Assembly (NCBI GenBank): GCA_048938105.1
Contig: JBHLMN010000015.1
Span: 64,001-128,000, forward strand
Direction: 5' to 3'
DNA length: 64,000 nucleotides
Origin: Promethearchaeota archaeon
Lineage (GTDB): Archaea; Asgardarchaeota; Heimdallarchaeia; Hodarchaeales; Hodarchaeaceae
Positions 59,445 to 64,000 of the stretch are shown here, piece by piece; the stretch's first letter is position 1; every line of letters begins with the position of its first letter. A program made the translations under genes and the position numbers. The notes under the pieces were generated by a model that worked only from the letters and a program-made list of their open reading frames with translations, ran no database searches and was not told the origin of the DNA.

Positions 59445-59661
59445 TTTTTTCCTTCCAAGAGTAATGTCAAGTTTAGAGAGAAGACAGGAAATCATCTTAC
59501 TTATTAAAGTTTTAGTTTCTTTTTAAAGATTGGATAAAACACAACTTCATAATTATAGACTAGCCTTTAAAGAGGGTGAAGGGTCATATCTTTATTAGTG
59601 AGGAATTAAAAAACCGAATGTTTGTTAAAAATTTTTCAGAGAATATCGGAAGGCCAACCCA

Positions 59662-60885
59662 TTGGAAGATAATAATAAGTCTTCACAATCCAAAAAATCG
59701 AAGGAAGAGAAATCTCTGGAAGAAAAGGTTCTTGATGAAGCCAGATCCGATGAAATGGAAGAATTCTACCATAAAGTTCAAGTAGACCTTGAAAAAGCAA
59801 CATCGGGGCGCAGTGATTATCTAACGATTTTGGAAGAAGCTTATGCACAAGCTGAAAGAACCGAGAAAGATTACATCGAAGACTTTAGACGGTTTGGTTT
59901 AGAAAGAGCGGAAAAAACAGAAGATATATACTTGATTTCCTGTTTTATGAGAAATGGACAACCATTGTTTGATTATCCTCTGTCTAAGAAGATTAATCTG
60001 CAAGAATCTTTAAGCTTTATTTTGAACACTATAACAAACTATGTCCAATACAAACTAGGAGAATTACTTGAAGTTCTTACCCTTGAATCCCAAACCATTC
60101 ATTTTTTCGTGATTGAACAGATCATTATTGCAATTGTTACTTCAAAATTTATCCCCCGAGATAAAATCTATATGTTAGCTATTCAAATCGGACAAATTAT
60201 AAATCAATATCCGAATAAAAATCCTCAAAACAGTCCAGATTTACGTATTGATCTAGATAATGCGATTACAACAGCTAAATCAACACTTGTTCAGGAACAT
60301 CACACTTTGAAGGTAATCCTGATTGGTGATGGCGCTGTAGGGAAAACTTCAATAAGAAGGCGCTATCTTGGAGAAGGGTTTCAGATTGATTATCAAATGA
60401 CTATAGGGGCAGATCTAGCTGCTAAAACATCTGATATAGTCTATACTGGCGGTAAACAGATAAAATACCTAATCTGGGATCTCGCTGGCCAACCCCGCTT
60501 TACTAATGTGAGAAAAATCTATTACATGTCTGCGGTAGGAGCCCTGGTTGTCTTCGATATCACACGTCCTGAGAGTTATCAGAATATTGTGAAATGGATG
60601 AATGAGCTCTGGCGCAATAACGGACGTGGCCCAGTACCATTAATTGTATTAGCTAACAAAACAGATTTATGCAAGGCTGGTTTACCCTGTGTTTCTAAAG
60701 AAAAAATACAGGCTTTTGTATCTCGTTTGTCACAAATTTCAGAGAAATACCGCGGTTTCAAGATATACTTTCTTCCAACAAGTGCAAAAACAGGCCAAAA
60801 TATAGAACAAGCATTTGAGCTGTTAGGTGAGTCTATCGTTGACTTTTTATCTTCTGTGAAAGTCTCTGGAGGAAAAAAATCGTAA
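59662..60885 (+). CDS. Longin-like domain fused to Rab-like small GTPase
   Basis: YLISCFMRNGQPLFD longin-like start; GDGAVGKTS, Y--TIG, WDLAGQ, NKTD, TSAK. Confidence 0.88.
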   Translation: MEDNNKSSQSKKSKEEKSLEEKVLDEARSDEMEEFYHKVQVDLEKATSGRSDYLTILEEAYAQAERTEKDYIEDFRRFGLERAEKTEDIYLISCFMRNGQPLFDYPLSKKINLQESLSFILNTITNYVQYKLGELLEVLTLESQTIHFFVIEQIIIAIVTSKFIPRDKIYMLAIQIGQIINQYPNKNPQNSPDLRIDLDNAITTAKSTLVQEHHTLKVILIGDGAVGKTSIRRRYLGEGFQIDYQMTIGADLAAKTSDIVYTGGKQIKYLIWDLAGQPRFTNVRKIYYMSAVGALVVFDITRPESYQNIVKWMNELWRNNGRGPVPLIVLANKTDLCKAGLPCVSKEKIQAFVSRLSQISEKYRGFKIYFLPTSAKTGQNIEQAFELLGESIVDFLSSVKVSGGKKS

Positions 60886-61193
60886 TATTGCTGAAATAAA
60901 ACTAATTATTGGGGATAAATGTCTCAAGGATATCATATAATAAGATTTTTAGATTTTTAAAGAATGCTCATGAGATTTTAAGAAATAAATCAGCGTTAGT
61001 CGGATTTATAGAGATGATTGGGACTGAAAAAAAGAATGATGCACTATCTATCCCGATGATATAAGAGAAAAGACAATATGGGACAAGGGAGTATCTTTTT
61101 AAGGTTCCTTATTGTGAGGCTTTTTTAAGAGGTTTCACACAGATGTACATAAACCGAAGGAAACACCTATCTGGGTTAAATATATTTACATGA

Positions 61194-61970
61194 ATGTTTA
61201 AGCCTACAATTCAAAGAAAGGAGCCAGAAAAAAAAATGGATAGAGATTTTATTTTAGCACGAGAGGCACAGCTGGTTTATTCTAATTCCGCAGCCTCAGG
61301 ATTCAATCCTGTAGGAGAATCCTTAGCTCGATGGCAAGGGACATTAACTTATACAACCAGTAGGGGTCGAAACATGTTCACTTTCGAGATTTTTTTACCA
61401 GAATATTTTCCAAATGTCCCCCCCGTGGTTACAGCAGTTGGCTACATGGATCACCCAAACATCGATGAGGATAGCTTTATCCAATTACGAATCCTAGATA
61501 ATTGGCGTGCGGAGTTTCATCTATATCAAGTGATTATAGCATTAAAGAACCTTATGTCTAGGGTGCCTCCAACTCCCAAAGGTGAGGCTGCTAAGACAGT
61601 TCGCGAGACAGTCGCCCGTTTAACAGAAACACCCCCAGTAGCCGAACCTCAGACAACCTCCGCAGAAACCACAGCCTTGAGAACAGAGATATCTTCTTTG
61701 ACACATAAAATGCAGGAAAAAGATGAGGAATTAGCCCGATTACGCGCACAGCAAATGGTTCAAGTACAATCCTCTCAAAGAGATGAACATTTAAGCCTTT
61801 CAGCTCAAGATAACCTCGAATCAGAACGTATTGCCCTCTCAGAATTATTAGCATCACTTGAAGATCGCTATGCAGCTGGAGAGATTTCAATTTTCGAATA
61901 TTCACGTTTATATAAAAAATATACAAAAGAACTCTATACAATTCGAAAACAATTAAGTTATTTGGGATAG
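61194..61970 (+). CDS. vps23: ESCRT-I Vps23/TSG101-like protein (UEV, coiled coil, steadiness box)
   Basis: E2 fold with HPNID but Gln in place of the catalytic Cys; coiled coil; LASLEDRY--GEIS--EY hairpin. Confidence 0.88.
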   Translation: MFKPTIQRKEPEKKMDRDFILAREAQLVYSNSAASGFNPVGESLARWQGTLTYTTSRGRNMFTFEIFLPEYFPNVPPVVTAVGYMDHPNIDEDSFIQLRILDNWRAEFHLYQVIIALKNLMSRVPPTPKGEAAKTVRETVARLTETPPVAEPQTTSAETTALRTEISSLTHKMQEKDEELARLRAQQMVQVQSSQRDEHLSLSAQDNLESERIALSELLASLEDRYAAGEISIFEYSRLYKKYTKELYTIRKQLSYLG

Positions 61971-61980
61971 GATAAACTTC

Positions 61981-62601
61981 ATGACTTTTCCTCCAAATTT
62001 AGCAAAGCGTTGGGAATTGGAAGGGCATCTATATGCAAGTATTGGGACTCTTGACTTATTATCTCGAACTTTTGAGCGAGGTGAGTTAGATCCGAATATT
62101 TTCCATAAACAACACAAGAATCTCTTATCAACAATTGTCGCGATTCGAGCAAAGTTAGAGAACTATAATTTTGACTTGGATGACTTCATTCAAACTGAAC
62201 AGATCCAAAAATTATTCCCTTATGGTCTTGAAAAACTCCATAAGACTGAGGGTACAGATGAATCTCCTGGAAATCGCATTGATTATAGCCAAATTAAAAA
62301 ACTCCCCAGTATTGCTGCCGAATTCGTAGCTAATGCTATTGAATTACTAGATCTTCTTCGTTTAGAAGCCATTGCAACTGTAGACCGAGTTTTACCTTAT
62401 TTAGATGAGCTTTATGCAATCCTAATCAAATCTCATGTATATGGAGCTGACCATTGGGTAACCCAAGATATTAATGAGTGGATAAGATGGATGGACAGAC
62501 AAAAACCAGGCCAACTCTTAAAGCAAGACGAACTACGAAAGTTAGAATTGCAAGCTGCAAGATGGTTATCTGATTTTCGACGAGAATTGAGTAATCTTTA
62601 A
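61981..62601 (+). CDS. vps28: ESCRT-I Vps28
   Basis: LYASI-TLD-L---F--G, FV-----LD-LRL, L------R-L---------F. Confidence 0.9.
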   Translation: MTFPPNLAKRWELEGHLYASIGTLDLLSRTFERGELDPNIFHKQHKNLLSTIVAIRAKLENYNFDLDDFIQTEQIQKLFPYGLEKLHKTEGTDESPGNRIDYSQIKKLPSIAAEFVANAIELLDLLRLEAIATVDRVLPYLDELYAILIKSHVYGADHWVTQDINEWIRWMDRQKPGQLLKQDELRKLELQAARWLSDFRRELSNL

Positions 62602-62617
62602 GGTATTCTAAAGTCTA

Positions 62618-63967
62618 TTAAGTGAAAAGATTAGTTTTCCCTGTTCGAACAAGCAATTCAGTAATTGCATCATTTATTTTAGCAAGCTCTAATTCGAATT
62701 GCTTGATTAACTCGAAATAATCTCGACTTGATACTTTTTTTCTGCCTTCTTTGAGTTCCTGTAATGCCTTTTCGTTTGCTAATTTTCGTAACCGTAGATC
62801 GCGTAGGCGGTCGTCTAGAACTCCTGTTACAAAATCAGGTTCCCTTTCTTGATCGGAAGTTGACTCAGTCGTTCCCTTTGTATTTCCAATTATATTTGAA
62901 TTAAAATTAAGAGCTGATAGGATTTTTTCCTGATAAATTTCGGAAGACCAATCTCGGAAAGGTTCATGGACATATATATCACTGGGACGTCCGTAATAAC
63001 TAAGTTGGAGTGCATCAAATATTCGCATTAGGGTTTGACAATCAGCTCGTAGTTCATAATCATGTTTAATGGTTGTTATTTGAAGCTTATCTCGTTTAAG
63101 AAATCCAACGCTTGTTTTTTGAACATCAATCAGATCTTCAGGTGGAAATTCATCATTTACAACAATTTTGCGAGCTAGGATATTATGTCTTTTTTTACTA
63201 AGTATAACAATTCTATCAGTTGTGATTACTAAATCAATAGAACTTTTTCTAATACCACCATTTGGTAATCCAATATTTGGGAAAAAACCAATAGCTAATT
63301 CCCCAGGTACAAAAACAAAGACATCAAAGCACCGTCCAAGATGTCGTGCCATCTCTTCAAACTGATCGCACTGATTTTCTATATCCTCAATTAGATCATG
63401 AATCGGTTGAAGTTTATCATGGACCGTTTGATCGAAACTGGTAATTTGCTTCTGGAAAAGACTAAGTTGAAGCGAAAGATTACGATAATCAGTAAAAGAG
63501 GAGTCTAATCCCATTAAACTGCGATAGAGTCGATTTAATTTCGAAGCATATTCTTGAAATTCTGATAAGGTAAAATTTTCGATTTTTTTGGTGTCAAGAA
63601 AGATTTTATCGATCTGATTTCCTGGGATTAAAAACTGTTTTCTAAAAGATCGTAGTCTAGATTCAAGATGCCCCGTACGTTTAAGTACGATTACTGGACG
63701 ATAAGCTACTTGTTTAAGCGAGCGCTTCAACTCAAAAATATGTTCCAAAGTTTCAGTTTTCAAGTTTTGTGAAGGAGAACCCATTTCTACGTTCATTGAA
63801 CCACAAGGACATTTAAACTGGGCATCATCGGTCTGTAGTTGAGAAGCGCACTTGGAACAGAATGCTGCACCGCAATCATAACACTTTTGGGAATCTAATT
63901 CGCGAATCATGGTGCCACAAAACGAACAATAAAAGCTTGACATCCCGGAAGGCATCTTGAGCACCAC
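62618..63967 (-). CDS. FYVE-like zinc finger, coiled coil, PH-like domain and steadiness-box-like hairpin protein
   Basis: 8-Cys CxxC/CxxC/CxxC/CxC finger; LVITTDRIVI PH-like strands; C-terminal LANEKALQEL-----KVS--DYFEL-KQF. Confidence 0.7.
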   Translation of the reverse strand: MVLKMPSGMSSFYCSFCGTMIRELDSQKCYDCGAAFCSKCASQLQTDDAQFKCPCGSMNVEMGSPSQNLKTETLEHIFELKRSLKQVAYRPVIVLKRTGHLESRLRSFRKQFLIPGNQIDKIFLDTKKIENFTLSEFQEYASKLNRLYRSLMGLDSSFTDYRNLSLQLSLFQKQITSFDQTVHDKLQPIHDLIEDIENQCDQFEEMARHLGRCFDVFVFVPGELAIGFFPNIGLPNGGIRKSSIDLVITTDRIVILSKKRHNILARKIVVNDEFPPEDLIDVQKTSVGFLKRDKLQITTIKHDYELRADCQTLMRIFDALQLSYYGRPSDIYVHEPFRDWSSEIYQEKILSALNFNSNIIGNTKGTTESTSDQEREPDFVTGVLDDRLRDLRLRKLANEKALQELKEGRKKVSSRDYFELIKQFELELAKINDAITELLVRTGKTNLFT

Positions 63968-64000
63968 GTACTATCCCAGTGGGTAAAAACTTTAGCTCTT

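Overview
64-kb AT-rich segment of an archaeal chromosome. The gene content points to an Asgard archaeon, most likely Heimdallarchaeia/Hodarchaeales-like; this is an inference from a Mak16 homolog, a eukaryote-length EF-2, S26e/S30e, Elf1, roadblock proteins, Arf- and Rab-like GTPases, ubiquitin-E1-E2-RING, and Vps23/Vps28. (1) 1-41.3 kb is core housekeeping DNA for translation, ribosome biogenesis and RNA modification. It holds four tRNA genes, all intron-containing (two at non-canonical positions), and a box C/D guide sRNA directly behind mak16. Its two guides are predicted to hit LSU rRNA sites equivalent to yeast Am2256 and Gm2288. (2) About 41.4-49 kb is an accessory island that begins at a sharp mirror-symmetric purine/pyrimidine skew switch. 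It carries two paralogous 'truncated gene + membrane zinc-finger protein' cassettes, a ~450-bp direct repeat including a duplicated GNAT 3' end, and an SCP2 + Cys-rich halocin-like precursor operon. (3) 50-64 kb is a ubiquitin/ESCRT-I/membrane-trafficking neighbourhood. It ends in a FYVE-like-zinc-finger/coiled-coil/PH/steadiness-box-like protein, a candidate membrane-targeting ESCRT-I partner. All family calls come from motif recognition by eye; no database searches were run.
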